Positions 1-13,114 of a DNA stretch of 64,000 nucleotides are shown here, piece after piece; position 1 is the stretch's first letter, and each line of letters opens with the position of its first letter. This DNA comes from Phaeosaccion multiseriatum (lineage: Eukaryota; Protista; Ochrophyta, other classes), in assembly GCA_965112735.1 (NCBI GenBank), contig OZ218956.1:3844001-3908000 (forward strand), in the 5' to 3' direction. The translations under genes were made by a program, and so were the position numbers. The notes under the pieces were generated by a model. The model made no database searches. It saw only the letters and a list, made by a program, of their open reading frames with translations, and was not told the DNA's origin.

Positions 1-2865
1 GAGCAAGATGAGGCGCGAAGAGCATTCCTTAGGGGGGAGGGCCGAAAGGTCTGTGCGAAACGGTGCTCCCCTTGAGCAGCCTTGCGCTTCCTGCTGCCTC
101 TGCGGTGCCACCTGCCGACCCCACTCGAACTCAAACTGCGTCGGACAGGCTTGACACTGCCGGTGCTGTTGGCCTTGACCGGTCCAAAGCCGTTGCTCGG
201 GCTGCTTTCCTCCGCCTCTTCCTTGCCCCGCCCCGCCCCCTCCTCCTCCTCCTCCTCCTCCTCCTCCTCCTCCTCATCGTCAACATCATTATCAGATAGA
301 ATGATGTTAACCACCGAAACATCAAGCCCGCCCCTCTTACGCCGCCTCCCCCCCTTCCCACCCTTCAGAGTTTTCGGCAACGTGGAGCGGCGCATGTCCG
401 CCTTGTCCACCTTGGTGGACCTCTTCAAGTGGAAGCGCTGGCTCAGGCCAAGGCGACGAGCCCACCCCCCCTTCTTCTTTTTGGGCTTGTCCACCTCCTT
501 CTCCCCACCGCCGCCCGGCTGCCCCTGCCCCTGCTCCTGTTGTACTACCAACTGCTCCTGCTGCATCACCACCTGCTTCTGCTTCTGCGGGGGCTCGCCG
601 CCGATATCGGACACAGCCTCAGCATCGCCACAAGGGCTGCTGCTGGCTTTGGCGTCCCCCCCCCCCTGCCGTGGGACTTGGTAATACGGTCGCTGCCAGC
701 ACCGCGTGGCCCGTCGCCTTGGTGGTGGAGGCCCACCCCTCCCCATCCCCCTCCCCATCCCCCTCCCCATCCCCCTCCCCATCCCCCTCCCCATCCCCCT
801 CCCCTCCCGCCCACCCTGGCCTGCCGCCACTGCCACCCTCCCCTCCTCCCTCCATCCTTCCCTCCTCCCGTCCAGCCCCTCCTCCCCCTCTGCGGTCCAG
901 CACAGGCGACTGAAGCTCCCCCCACCGGCGTTTGGCCTCGCTCCTCGTATCACCAACTGCTGTGGTGGAGTCTGTGAGGAGTGTCTTGCGGCGCGGATGG
1001 AGGGTAAAGTCCTGCGGCCTTGCTGCGTACGTCTCCAGGCAGTGGTCGAAAAACGCGCACCTTGTGTGGTGATACAGCAATAGGGGGGGGCGTTGGTGGT
1101 CCGTGAGACGCGCATGCCAGGTGTGAGACGTGCATGCATTCTCTTACTCTTCGCTACTCACCCCTCCACCATCCACTCCTCCCTCCTCTCTCCCCACTCC
1201 CCACCCCACTTGTCCGCATTCCTCACAGACCTCACTCCTCAGTCGTCGCTACTCACATGGGGTCGCTGCTCTCTGTGCGCAATTGCACGAAGTTGGCGAA
1301 TATCTGCGTCTGCATCAGCGCCTGCAGGCAGGGGAGGCTCTCCTCCGGCGCCCCCGCCAAGAAAGCGCGCTTATCGAACCACTCCCCGCCCCCCACGGAG
1401 CGCCAGTGCACGGAGGGGGGGATGAGGGAGGCAGAGTAGCCCTTTAACAAGCCGCACATGCAGCACAGAGCTGCCTCTCTTACCGCGGTGTTGTCCAGGG
1501 GCGCAGGGGGGCCATCTCCTCCTCCGGCTGCGTCTCTGCTTCCCTTTCTCCCGCCCCGCATGCCTCCTCCCCCCAACCCCCCGCTGCCTCCACTTCCCTC
1601 CTCGCCGCTGCCCTCCCCCCCGCTGCCCTTCCCTCTCCCGCTCCCGCCAAGGCTACTGCGCCGCCGCCGGTCCCTCCTCCTCTCCGACCCCCTCCTCCCC
1701 CTCTCCTCCTCCTCCTCCTCCCCCTGCTGCTCGGGCGTGAGTCCAAAACTAAAGGGCACCGTCTGCTCCAGCAAGACGGCGGCATCCCCTGTCCTGAGCT
1801 GTGCCTTGTCTAACAAGTGCTGCCAGCGCTCCGCCAGAGCGCTTCTCAGAGAGGGGGGCAGCAGCATGCCGTCCCTCAGCCTGGGGCCCAGAGCTGCACC
1901 TCCGTGGGCAGACACAACCTCGTCCCTATCGAGGTCTACAACGACCACTTGGCTGCTGTCCTCCTCCTCCGTCAGCACCTGCTCCACCACCTTACGCAGC
2001 AGAGAGGGGAGGGGTGGCTCAGAGGAAGATGCTCCGTAGGCGTGGGCGTGTGCGTTGGCGGCCTCACTCCCTCCTCCTGCCCCTGATCCCGACATACGCA
2101 AAGATCCTGGTGGTGCCCCCGGGTCAGGCCCTGCTGTAGCAGCAGCCATGTGGGTAGCGACGGCCCCTCCCGTCGAAGCCGCCCCCGCCCCCTCCTGTCG
2201 AAGTGCCTGTGCAGCTGCCCCCCCCCCCCCTCCCAGCGAGGCTCTCCTGCGCAGATTGGCCCCCACCGCCGCCACCTTGCCCTTGGCCGTGCCCATGTGA
2301 CTGGTGCTGCTGCTGCTGCTGGCTGAGTTGCCACCTGCCTCACCCCCAACCCCACTCCCACCGTCCGTCGTGGAGGAGGTAGTAGCGTCCAAGCTCGCTT
2401 CAGGAGGCGACAAGCCTCCTCCTCTTCTCCTTGCCCACCATTGAGTGCCATCCTGCACCCCGATGAGGAAGGGCCCCGGAAAGGACACATAGTCCACCAG
2501 GGACTCTGTGAGGCGGGGCACATAGCAATTGTCCCACGAGAAGGGGAAGAGCAGCGCGAGGGCACACTCCGCCACCGCCGTGACCAGAGCCGCGTGTCTG
2601 CCCACGAGCAACACCTTACCCTCCGTGAGCAGCAGACTGAGCAGCGTCAGCACGTTGGGCACCGAGAGGCAGGCGAACAGAGCCGACAGAGACAGGTCCA
2701 GCAGAGGCAGCCCGTGCAGGGGGGGGAGGCGGAAGGGGATCCGTGCCAGGTGCGTGGCCAGGCTCACCTGTGACAACAGACAGACGGGGGACATGCAGGG
2801 CGGGCGGGCGGGCGTGAGGGTGGTGAGGTTAGTCATCGTGGGGGGGGTGGTGGTGGTAACAGTAC

Positions 2866-2907
<42 letters not shown>

Positions 2908-3012
2908 GTGGTGGAAGTAGTAGTAGTAGTAGTAGGTGGTGGTGGTAGTAGTGGTAGTAGTAGTGGTAGTAGTAGTAGTATAGTAGTAGTGGTAGTAGTA
3001 CTAGTAGTAGTA

Positions 3013-3056
<44 letters not shown>

Positions 3057-5197
3057 GTGGAGGTAGGTGGTGGTGGTGGTGGTAGTCAGCTTCAACAACG
3101 GAGCTGCGCTGCGCTGGGGTCCTCCGCCAACTCCTCATCCCAATCACAGCTTCCTTCTGTCTCTCTCATCAATTCTATTTCCCTCCTTCCTGCCTTGCTT
3201 ACGTCACCCCTCCCCCCTCACCTGCAGACAGGGCCCTCCATAGTCCGGCAGAGGCACCTCCAGCAGCAGGTGTGCGATGACCCTCTCCAGCGGCACCGTG
3301 CTCCGCGATAGAGAGAGCGTGTAGAGCTGGCTCAGCCACCTCCGGAAGGCGTTGAAGAAGGGCCAGTGGCTCACCAGGCAGATGCACTTAGGGGCGAACA
3401 GATACCTCCTCCTCCTTGTGTTCCTCTCCTCCTCTTCCTCTTCCTCCTCTTCCTGCTCCTGCTTCTCTGCCTTATCCTCCTGTAGGTCCTCTCCTTCGTC
3501 CGGCCCCTGCCCCTGCCCTTCGCTCTGCCCCACCTGCTCCTGCTCTTGCTCCTGCTGGAGGCCACCAGCGCCACTCATTTCGTTTAGATAGAGCCTCCAC
3601 ACGTCTCTGACCCGCTCCTCCGCCGGAGTGGAGAGTGCCTCATAGAAGGTGCAGCACACCACATACGTCTTCTTGCCGTGCGCATCTGTGAGTACGAAGG
3701 GAAAGGCGCTCACCGGGGGGGTCTCCGCAACGGGTTTGGCGGTGAGGTGTACCCCCTGGGGGAAGGCGAACATGGGAATGACTTTGGGGTCCAAGGGGAA
3801 ATCGGGGTAGTCTTGGGGGGGGAAGCTTTGGATGGATGGAGGGGTACGGGCACGGGTGATGAAGGCCAGGAGGGGGAGGGGGGAGGCGGCGCCAGTGGGG
3901 CAGGCGGCAGCAGCAGCAGCAGCAGCAGGGAGGGAGAGGGGAGGGAGGGCGTAAGCACTGAAGCCCCAGGAGCACAACTAGCCGGGAGGAGGCATCGAGC
4001 TGGAAGGAGGCAGTTTCAGTTCCAGTTACAGACGAAGAGGACAGGGACAGAGCGAGTGTGAGAGAGAGACAGAGAGAGAGTCCCACTCACTCACTCACTC
4101 ACTCACTCACTCACTCACTCACTCACCGGTCCAGCACTTGCGGCGCAAAGCTGAGGTCTCCCACGGCCCTGCGCCTCCTCCACCGCCTGCAGATGGCAAG
4201 CTTCCCTCCGGACATCACAGTGCTCTCCTCCACCACCCCATGGGCACGTGCACTGCCATCGCCTGGGCCAAAGCCAGGACCACTAGCGGGTCCTCCTGAC
4301 TCGCTGTCCATATGACTGTCGTTGCTCAGCTGCGCCAAGCCCGCCTTGCCCAGAGGCATGACCGACAGATCCGTGAGGGGGGGGTCGTCCTCCCACTCGT
4401 CCCCCCCTTGCTGCTCTGGCTGATGCTGTATCATTACAAGCTTGTCTTCTGCTGGCACATGTGCCCCCTCTCCTCCCTGCCCTCTCCTCCTCCCCCCGCC
4501 CCCCCTCCAGCCCCTCTGTCTGCGGAAGGCGAGGTACCATTGCTTGTTAAGCACCGCCTCTCTGCCCCCCACCGAAGTACGCACCACCTCAAACCCAGGG
4601 GGGGCTTTGTCCTGGGGGTCTCCATACAGGCTAATGACGGAGCTCGCGCTGCCCACACCCCCGTCCTTAGACCCCAGCGAGGCCGCAATTCCTCCTCCTG
4701 CTGCTGCTCCTCCCCCTCCCCCCCCCATGTGGCTTGCACTCCTCCCTCCCGTCAGCATTGCGGCGCTGCCCCTCCTCGCAGAGAGATTGACATACGGAGA
4801 CACATTCACCAGTGTCACATCAGCAATGGGAGGCAACGCCGGGGGCTTCTGTGGCTCCTCTTCCAGCCCCTGTGGTTGCGGCTCTTGCCCTCCATCCTCC
4901 TCCTCCTCCTGCTGCTCCTCCTGCCCCTGGCGCCGGTAGCACAGATACACCCCTCCTCCTTTGAAGAATGTACCCGTCGACTCCAAGGAGACATTGCTAT
5001 GGCCGTGCCCCCCTCCTGCTCCTGCGCCGCCCTCTCCCACGCTCTGCAGGCGGTGCGGCGGCTGCGGCTGCTGCCCCTGCCCGTCGAGCACCGTCCACCC
5101 CTGGGCCTTGGCCAAATCCGACTCTCCCTTGAGACATACCCCCACGGCCGTCAGCGGAGAGAGAAGATCGTACTCAGAGACAGCCGGACCCGCTGGG

Positions 5198-5230
<33 letters not shown>

Positions 5231-5443
5231 GGGTGAGGAGGAGGGGCCGAGACTTACATTCGCGTCCCGTTTGGACAGAGGGAATGAATAGTCGCAGCGA
5301 TGGCAACGGCGTCGAAGTCTCACCCCTCTCGTCACCCCCCAAGCCCCTCACGGCCCCTTACCTTGGTCCAGGTCTGCGGCTTGCAGCGCTGGAGTGTCTT
5401 CCGATAGACCGCAGACCACGAAATAGTCGCACAGTCGACTCAT
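1..5443 (-). CDS. MABP + uDENN/cDENN/dDENN protein (DENND4-like architecture, putative Rab GEF); 3' end outside window
   Basis: ATG at 5443 gives MSRLCDYFVVCGL, a typical DENN N-terminus. Phase-compatible GT-AG exons: 5443-5362, 5192-4127 (MABP-like PIADVTLV/PPGFEVV/YLCYRR; FAPQVLDR), 3825-3222 (FPPQDYPDFP..MFAFPQG; PKCICLVSHWPF), 2767-1257 (LLTEGKVLL..LLFPFSW..YVP; FDKRAFL..TQIFANF), 1060-<1. Apparent frameshift in the poly-C run at 656-666. Confidence 0.85.
2862..3084. repeat. Compound (TAG/TGG)n microsatellite in a DENN intron
   Basis: Direct reading. Confidence 0.95.
4084..4126 (-). repeat. (GTGA)n run starting at a 5' splice site
   Basis: CCG|GTGAGTGAGTGAGT... on the - strand. Confidence 0.9.
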
Positions 5444-6141
5444 ATCGTCTTACATCGAGCAGGGAAGAGCAGCAGCGGCGGTGGTGGCCGTTGACATGCG
5501 AGACAGCGGGAAGTGAAGCATTTCCCTCATCATGTCTTCCTCTTAACTCTTCTCTCCCCTTCCTCTGATAGCTTCTATCCTCCTCTTACTGCTGCTGCTG
5601 TTGCTGCTGCTCCTGTGTGCAATAAAGAGAGGGAAGAGGAGGTATGTGCATACAAGCGTGATGCAGAGTTGGATCGTCGATGACCCCGGACCACCTCGAC
5701 AAGGATACAGTGACGAAGCTGGGCACTCGTGCTCGCCCTGACGAGCAACTCGTGTACACACGGGGCCTCTCTACAGACGCACCTTATCGAGGCCCTTTGG
5801 TGTTGACTGAGGCGTACCACCCGCCTCCCGCTCTCTCTTCATCAGCTTCTCGCCCCCCCCCCTCTTTTCCCTTTCCTTCAGTTTTGAGGCACGCTTAGAA
5901 GCGACAAAGATGCATAAAGCGAGGCAAGGAGGACACAGGGGAAAGCAGAGAGTAGCTCGCCTCTCGAGTGCTACTTGCTCGACCTCAGGTCCAGGAGGCG
6001 TCAATGGCGGCTCAATTTGGCGCCCGCCAACCCGCAGGCTGTTTGCTTGAGGGGGGAATCGACAAAGAAAGTCGATCAGATCGATCTTGAAAATCGAGAA
6101 CAGAGAGTGTATTTTTTTTTTCTTCCCCTCCCCAACAAAAT

Positions 6142-8265
6142 TCACTGCAGCTTTACCCCGAGCTTGTTCCTCTTCGGCTGACGGGGTTCACCACTGGCCC
6201 TCGTCGCCGTACCCTCGCCCTCCAGCAGTTGGTGCTTTGCCTCCTCGCCCTCCTTCCCCTCAGGGGGCGGGGGCACACCGTCGCCCCTTTGGCCGTACTG
6301 ATTGATGCGGGTCCTGTCCACGGGGTAAATGTAGCGCTGGTACAGAAAGAGGAAGAAGATGAAGTCGTCTCTGAAACAGGCCAGGCGGTGCATGGTGGGC
6401 ATCTTGATGATGAAGGCGAATATGTCATCAATAAACGTATTGAGCGACTTGTACACCATGACACGCCAGGGCATGTGCGCGACGCTCTGCAGCTTGTAGT
6501 TGATGAAGAGCTGCGGCGTCATCATGACGAAGGAGAAGGCGTACACATAGCCCACCAGGCTGTTGATGACCCAGCTATACCACCCCTTGTGCTGCTTATG
6601 CACCAGCGAGTAGGCCGAGTAGCCCACCACGAGGGGCACCACTAGATAGAGCAGATGCAGCGTGCCGATGCGGTCGTACTCCTTGGTCATGTTCTTCTCG
6701 TAGCCACCCCTCGCCTCCATCTCCAGCCGAGGCATCCACGAATCGTCGCTCCACACGAAGGAGGTCTTGAAGGCCTTTCCGATCTTCCAAAACTCAATGG
6801 CCACTCCGATGCCGTTGGTGACGAGCACGAGGCGGCTGGTGTCGTTGTCCAGAAGGTAGAGGAAGATGACCATTTGGAAGAAGAATCCCACTGCCATACC
6901 GCGGATGCTCAGGCCCTCCAGCGAGCGCTTGTCGTTCCAGAAGCTCACGTCGTTTTTAAAAGCCAGGAAGTTGAAGAGGCTGTGAAGCATAGACACCAAA
7001 GCCGTGAGGATTAGCACCCAGGGGCTGTTGCTGGCGATCATCTCTCGGATCATGTCGTCGTCCCCTTCGTCGTTGAGCCCCAAGGCCTCCTGCTGCGCCC
7101 ACTGCGCCTCCATTCGCGTCTTGAGCATCCACTTGACCATGCCCACGGTGTTAAACGTCACCTCCAGCGCCACGGTTTCCACGCTGTCGTTGAGCGCCAC
7201 GAGCTGATTGGCCTGCATCCAAAACTCGTCCACGTGCAGCACAGGGAAGTAGTTGCCGGTGGACTCCTGAAAGTGAATGTAACCCCCTAGTGGGGCGGGG
7301 ATGGCGTTACGCTGGAACACATCCGTCATCTGCACCAGCTGCAAGTGCAGCGTGGGCTTCCAGTAGCTGCGAATCACGCCCCCTTCCCGCGCCTGCTGCT
7401 GCACATCCTCCTCCTCCTCTTCCTGCTCCTCTTGCGTAAGGATGACCCTTTCCGCGGCGGTGCTCCCGCCCTCGCCCCCACCCTTATCCACCCCATGTGC
7501 CTGTGTGTCTGGCTCTGACTCTGGTTCGGCGGCGGTTGTGAGCAAGCTCTTGAGCTTCTTCTTAGGCCGCTCTTTCTTGTACTTGACGAGAGGCACGGTG
7601 AGGTTGGCCACTCGTGTGGCCTTGTAGCGCGCGTCGCTCGGGTCGATTGCTGCGCCCTCCATCGCTAGGAAGGCGTGTGCGAACATGCTGCCGTTGTTCT
7701 GTAGAGCGGGGCTGGCTGGCAGCGTGAGCTCGAGTTGCCTGCTATTGGTGGCCGCCTTGTCCAGAGTCAGCCCGTGCTGCTCCCACACAAGGGCCTCCTT
7801 GTCTGCGAAGGACGCGAAGGAGTCAGTCTCGGAAAAGTACAGGAAGAGGTCCATCCGCTGGCCGGGCCGGAACAGGCAGCGGTGCACTGCCAGTCTGCGA
7901 CCAGCCGCGTCGAACTCGGGGAAGATGGGGATTTCGGCTGACTGGAGGCCTGCCAGCTGCTTGATGGGGGACAACTCGGATTTCTTGGGCATCCTCGAAG
8001 AGAGATCCTGCTCCTCCAGCGCGCGCTCGGTCTGCTCAATGTCCTTGAGCGACTCCCTCGTGCGGGTGATGCCCCACTGCTTGGAGAAGAAGCTGAAGCT
8101 GAACCACAGCACGAGGAGCTTCAGCACGAACTGTAAAGCCATCGGTTTGGCAGCCGCCCTCTGCCGGTTCTGCAGCTCTAAATCTTCCACCTCCGCCCCC
8201 CCCTCGGCCGCACGGTTGCCGCCATCCCCTCCGCCCCCCACCGACTCTCTGCCCTCGGCCTCCAT
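6142..8265 (-). CDS. CLPTM1/CLPTM1L family multipass membrane protein (putative lipid scramblase), single exon, 707 aa
   Basis: Family motifs FLAFKNDVSFW, SLEGLS, IEFWKI, HKGWYSW, MMTPQLFINYKLQSVAHMPW, YKSLNTFIDDIFAFIIKMP, YPVDRTRINQYG. Confidence 0.93.
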   Translation of the reverse strand: MEAEGRESVGGGGDGGNRAAEGGAEVEDLELQNRQRAAAKPMALQFVLKLLVLWFSFSFFSKQWGITRTRESLKDIEQTERALEEQDLSSRMPKKSELSPIKQLAGLQSAEIPIFPEFDAAGRRLAVHRCLFRPGQRMDLFLYFSETDSFASFADKEALVWEQHGLTLDKAATNSRQLELTLPASPALQNNGSMFAHAFLAMEGAAIDPSDARYKATRVANLTVPLVKYKKERPKKKLKSLLTTAAEPESEPDTQAHGVDKGGGEGGSTAAERVILTQEEQEEEEEDVQQQAREGGVIRSYWKPTLHLQLVQMTDVFQRNAIPAPLGGYIHFQESTGNYFPVLHVDEFWMQANQLVALNDSVETVALEVTFNTVGMVKWMLKTRMEAQWAQQEALGLNDEGDDDMIREMIASNSPWVLILTALVSMLHSLFNFLAFKNDVSFWNDKRSLEGLSIRGMAVGFFFQMVIFLYLLDNDTSRLVLVTNGIGVAIEFWKIGKAFKTSFVWSDDSWMPRLEMEARGGYEKNMTKEYDRIGTLHLLYLVVPLVVGYSAYSLVHKQHKGWYSWVINSLVGYVYAFSFVMMTPQLFINYKLQSVAHMPWRVMVYKSLNTFIDDIFAFIIKMPTMHRLACFRDDFIFFLFLYQRYIYPVDRTRINQYGQRGDGVPPPPEGKEGEEAKHQLLEGEGTATRASGEPRQPKRNKLGVKLQ

Positions 8266-8529
8266 CTCCTGCCGGCACTCCTGGTGTACCTCAGCTGCTG
8301 CCCCTGTCGGCAGAAGGCCTCCTCCAAAGGCTCTGGTGCGGCAGAAGGCCTCCTCACAGGCTCTGCTGCTCTATCTCCGACGATCAACACATAGTTTGCA
8401 CAAGAGAGCGAGGGAATGAACGAAAGGTGCGCTCCATCGGGTGCCTTCCTTTTCATCTCAAATCAATAAATGATCACCCCCGCCCGCTTATTATCACCCT
8501 GCGAACCTTTAAAGATGGAGAGCGGTCTT

Positions 8530-9900
8530 CATGCTCTCCACCCTCCTCTCTGCTGTGAGTTTGGAGGTCCTGGCTGGTCCTAGAGAGGCGTGGAAGAAAG
8601 CAAAGAAAGGAGAAGGGAATGGAATGCAAGTGGTGAGTTTGCTTGCTTGTGCAAACGCTGTGACAAATGAGAGGTATGCTAAGTTTACGCATTGGCCTGC
8701 CTGCTTCAAGTCCCACTGCCCGAGCCTTTTTCTCCTCTCCCTTACTGTGTACGTGGGATGGATGCCACACCATCTTAATTTTCTCTCTTTTACTCCTTGT
8801 TCCCTGCTTGACTCATTCCCTGCTGTGTGTCTCGTGACCGCAGGGCTGAACATCAAAACGCCGGAGCAGATGGAGCTCTTGGAGCTTTGTCGAACACTGG
8901 GGAAGGCAGAATCTGAGAAGCAGAACTCTGTGTAGAGCAGGCGAGGATCCTCCTCACTCATAACTCGCAGCAGAATCCCCTTGCTGTTCCTCTCGGGCCC
9001 TTGGCACTTGGCAGTCGCCCCGATGTTCGTCGCTCCACGTCATAGTCACGAGGAGATAGTTTCGAGCTTTGCTGGATTCCGGAGCCGCCATCATGTGAAG
9101 GACCGGGCGGTTTTCTTTTTTCGGCGCCAGACTGGACTATTGGCCTAGGCCTGGAGACGAAATTCGGCCGGCCTAGAGCTTCTTCTGGACCCGAAGCTGG
9201 CTCAGTGAGCTCAGAGGCTCTAAGAGAGGTCTCCCGGGGTGTAAAGACACCCTCACTTAAGAGACACTGCTCCTGACCCCACCCCCCCACCCCCAAATTT
9301 CCCAATCGAGTACTTTGAATGCCCGGGAGCACCCCTTGATGATGATTATGATGATGCCTACATGTGCACACCGCTCTTTTACTCGGCGGGCTTGAGCACC
9401 CGGAGGCTGCCAAGCTGTTGCTTCAACGCAGGCCTCCCGAGTTGTTGCTTCAACGGCCGATGTGCGCGCCCCAAATGCTGACACGGGAAGGTACCGCTGC
9501 GGTGCGCGGCGCATGCAGGGAGGAGTGTCTATGTGGTCAAGCCATGGGGTGGACATCCATGGCAAGACGCGGTCCGATCTAGACATCCTCATCAGCGCTC
9601 AGGTGGGGCGAGCGTAGACTGGGGTGATTGAACGCCTGCGATCGCCATCGGAGGACCGCAGCTGGGAAAGGGCATGGAGCACTTGGTCAATGAGGGGCTG
9701 GTGCACGGCAGTCTCGCTGCACGGAGCGTTCTCGTGTACGGCTGGGACGCAAACGACCCTGCGAAGGTGCTCGTGACTTTGCTTCCTCCCTCCCGGGGCA
9801 CGCGGGGCCTGACACTGCTGTCCAAGGAGGCAAGATGTGAGATCAAAGCGGTAGAACTGACACGAGGGGTAAGCATCGAAGAGGAGGAAGCCCCATTTCT
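8530..9900 (+). pseudogene. Heavily deleted relic of the ankyrin-pseudokinase gene
   Basis: 8790-8960 matches the start of the ankyrin exon (CLVTAGLNIKTPEQMELLELCRTLGKAESEKQNS then stop). 9360-9590 matches the MCTPLF..PEAAKLLLQR repeat. 9660-9830 is near-identical to the kinase HGSLAARSVLVYGWDANDPAKVLV segment. Order is collinear, with stops, frameshifts and kb-scale deletions. Confidence 0.8.
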
Positions 9901-9952
9901 GGTCTAGCAGTCGTAAAAAAAAAGAGGAAAGGAAAGAGGAAAAAAAGAAGAG

Positions 9953-12900
9953 AGTTTGAGGTTCAGCTCGTTAGTCCAGGGAGGCGCCAAGAAATACGTT
10001 TATCATCAAAGAGATTGCGCACCCCCCCCGAACGCTTCCAGCAAGTCCGTGTCGCTGTCTGGAGTCTGACAGAGGAGAGATGCCTGCTGCTGCTCATCCG
10101 GGAGCTCCCACAACTCGCGCCTTGTCGTGAGAACCCTTTTCTCCCCCCTTCTTCCCGCGCTTCTCTACCATTGACGCTATGGAGCTGCTCCCTCTGGGTG
10201 GCTCTACGGAGTCATGGGAAGAGCTGGAAGAGCAGCGTGTGGATGCGGATATGGGTGAGTTAAAGTAGCGTTAAGAGTGCTGACAACCTCCTATGCCCAC
10301 GCGTTGCTCCTCTAGTGCCAGAGCCTTGTCTCTCTCCTTCCCTCTTTGACGCTCTCCTTGCTTCGTGTCTCGTGGCCGTAGAGCTGGACATAACGCAGGA
10401 GCAGCTGGAGCTCCTGCTGTATTGTCGAGGACTGGGGAAGGACGCAGCTGAGAAGCAGAACTCTGCAGAGGAGGCGGAGACCCTCCTCAGTCAACACCCC
10501 ACCACTCTCACCGGGACGACCCTCCACGGGCTGTCGTACTTGCAGTGGGCCATTGGGGATGAAAACCTGGAGGTGGCCAGGGTCTTGTTGGACCACGACG
10601 CCGGCAGCGCCGACTTCAGAGGCCCCGGAACGTGCCCCGCGCTCTGCATCGCCGCTTCGGGAGGACTGTTTGCCGCGTGCTCACTGCTTTTGGAGTACGG
10701 TGCAGACGTGAACATCTTGGACGATGCCAACCACACGCCGCTGCACTGCGCTGCGCTTAGAGATCACCCTGATGTGGTGCAGCTGCTACTCGCGAGCGGG
10801 GCCTCTGTGAGCGACCGTGGGGGGACTTTCGAGCGAACAGCGTTGCACTACTCCGCTGAGATGGGCAATGCTGAGATCACGAGGCTCCTGTTGGAGGGCG
10901 GAGCGGACGTGCATGCGCAGGACGGCGACAAGCAGAATCCTCTGCATCTTGCTGCTCATTTCGGGCCCTTGGAGGCCGTCAGACTCCTGTTGGCCAAGGG
11001 AGCGGCTGTGAACAATGCCTCCGATGCCAACAAATCCACACCGCTCCATTTCGCTGCTGAGCATGGGGACTCTGGGATTGTGGAGCTTCTTCTGGAGGCC
11101 GGAGCGGATGTACACACACTCGATGGAGCGGGTGTGAGTGCCCTTCAGTTTGCTGCTTGTAGCGGCGAGATTGACACGTTGAACCTTCTTGTTTCGGCTG
11201 GCGCAGATGTGAATGCCCCTGCTGCTGATGGGCGAACACCGCTGCTCCTTGCGGCCAGTCGGGGGCATCTCGAGCTGGTCAGAGTTCTGGTGGAGATGCA
11301 CGGCGCGAATATGGAGGCCAGAGGGGGTGAAGCTCAATTGGAAGCCACCCCAGTCTTGGTTGCTCTGGATCAGGGTCACGAGGAAATTGTGGAGTTGTTG
11401 CTGGACGCCGGAGCCAATCTTCACGTCAAGGACAAGGCAGGCGATTCTGCATTGCACTGTGCAGCCTTTGTCGGGCACTGTGGCATGGTGAGAAGTATCC
11501 GAGAGAGGGGAATAGACGTACATGTCCGTGGCTTCGAGAATCGGACTCCCCTCCATGCGGCATCGAGAGCCGGGCACAGCGACGTGATTCGCTTCTTGCT
11601 CGATGAAGGAGCGGATATCGAGGCCCAGGATGAAAGCATGTGCACACCGCTCTTCTACGCGGTGGTACAGGACGCCCCGGAGGCTGCCAAGCTCTTGCTT
11701 CAGCGCGGGGCCAACGTTCATGCCCGAAATGTTCATGGGGTGGAACCGCTGCTCGGCGCGGCGTATGCAGGGAGCAGTGTCGATATGGTCAGGCTCCTCC
11801 TCGACCATGGGGCGGATATCCGTGCCAAGACGCGGTCCGATCTAAACGTCCTCATGATGTTCACCAAGGGCATGGGGGAGAGGGGCACAGGGGACCAAGG
11901 AACAAACACCGCGGAGATGGTGGCGCTTTTGGTGGAGAGGGGAGCTGATGTTTTCGCGAGGCAGTGCCAGATCAAGTTCACGGCGTTGAATATGGCCGCT
12001 TCGAATGGACTCACACAGACTGCGGCCGCCCTTCTGCGCGGCGGAGCGGTGATTGATGCCAGTGATTTCAAGCGGAGGACTCCTCTCATGCACGCGGCTT
12101 TCAACAAGGATATGGACATGGTCACTCTCTTGCTGGAGCAAGGTGCGGATCCGAACTTGTGCGACGACTCGAACATGGGAGCGCTCGAGCGAGCCATTGG
12201 GGCGGGGTCACCAGTGTCGGGGGACACTCACACCACGGCTCACAATGAGGTTGCGGACGTCCTGGTGGCGTTCGGAGCTCGGCGCAGGTCGAAGCACGAC
12301 GGCCGCCTGCTGAAGAGCAATACGGACCGGATACTCGCCAGGAGTGCGGCGGAGGGTAGAATGGACGGTGTTTTCTATCTCCTCCAGAGGAGCGAGTGCG
12401 GCGAAGATTCGAAAATCGTCGCAGCTGCCGCGGAAGGGGCCGCCAGGGAAGGGCACTACGCCACGGAGGTGCTGCTGCGAGGTGAGCGTCTTCCTCGGTT
12501 AGCAAGCAGAGGCAGTGGGTTGCCTGGTCGGGCGCTTGATGTATGTGCCTTTTTCTTTTGTGAATGAATCGTGCATGCCCTCACGTCCCTGTCTGCTATC
12601 TCCCTTCCCTGCCCTTCAGGCGCACGAGCTCAGACAGGGCTGTGTCGGCTTCTTGCCGTGATGGGCTACTACGGCCTGCTGCACCCGCTGGCCACGCCTC
12701 CACCTCCTGCGCTCTCTGTCCCCGCTCCCTCCTCCTCTCTGCCTCCCTCCGCGGCTTCGCGACGCAAGCGGAAGAAGAAGAAACGGCCAGCGAGCTCTGG
12801 AGCGGCTGTGAAAGAAGCAGCAACAGAAGCGGTACCGGCAGCAGCGGCAACAGCAGGAGCCAGAGGAGGAGAAGGCGAAGGAGGAGGCGAAGGAGGAGAA

Positions 12901-13079
12901 GGAGCGACAATGCCACCAGCAGCAGCCGCAGCAGCAGCAACACCCGCAAGCACCTTTGGAGGAGGAGGAGGGGCACGAGCTCTGTCACCATCGCCGCCAA
13001 AGGAGTGGCCATCACGCGCAGAGACGCAACCCCAAGAGCCCTCGAGTGGGTCTCCGTGGGTATCCCAACAAGCTCCAGT

Positions 13080-13114
<35 letters not shown>

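Noticed and set aside
656-666. Frameshift suggesting the DENN gene is a pseudogene
   Set aside because: It falls in an 11-C homopolymer and a plausible open frame continues to the window edge; probably a sequencing error (check reads)
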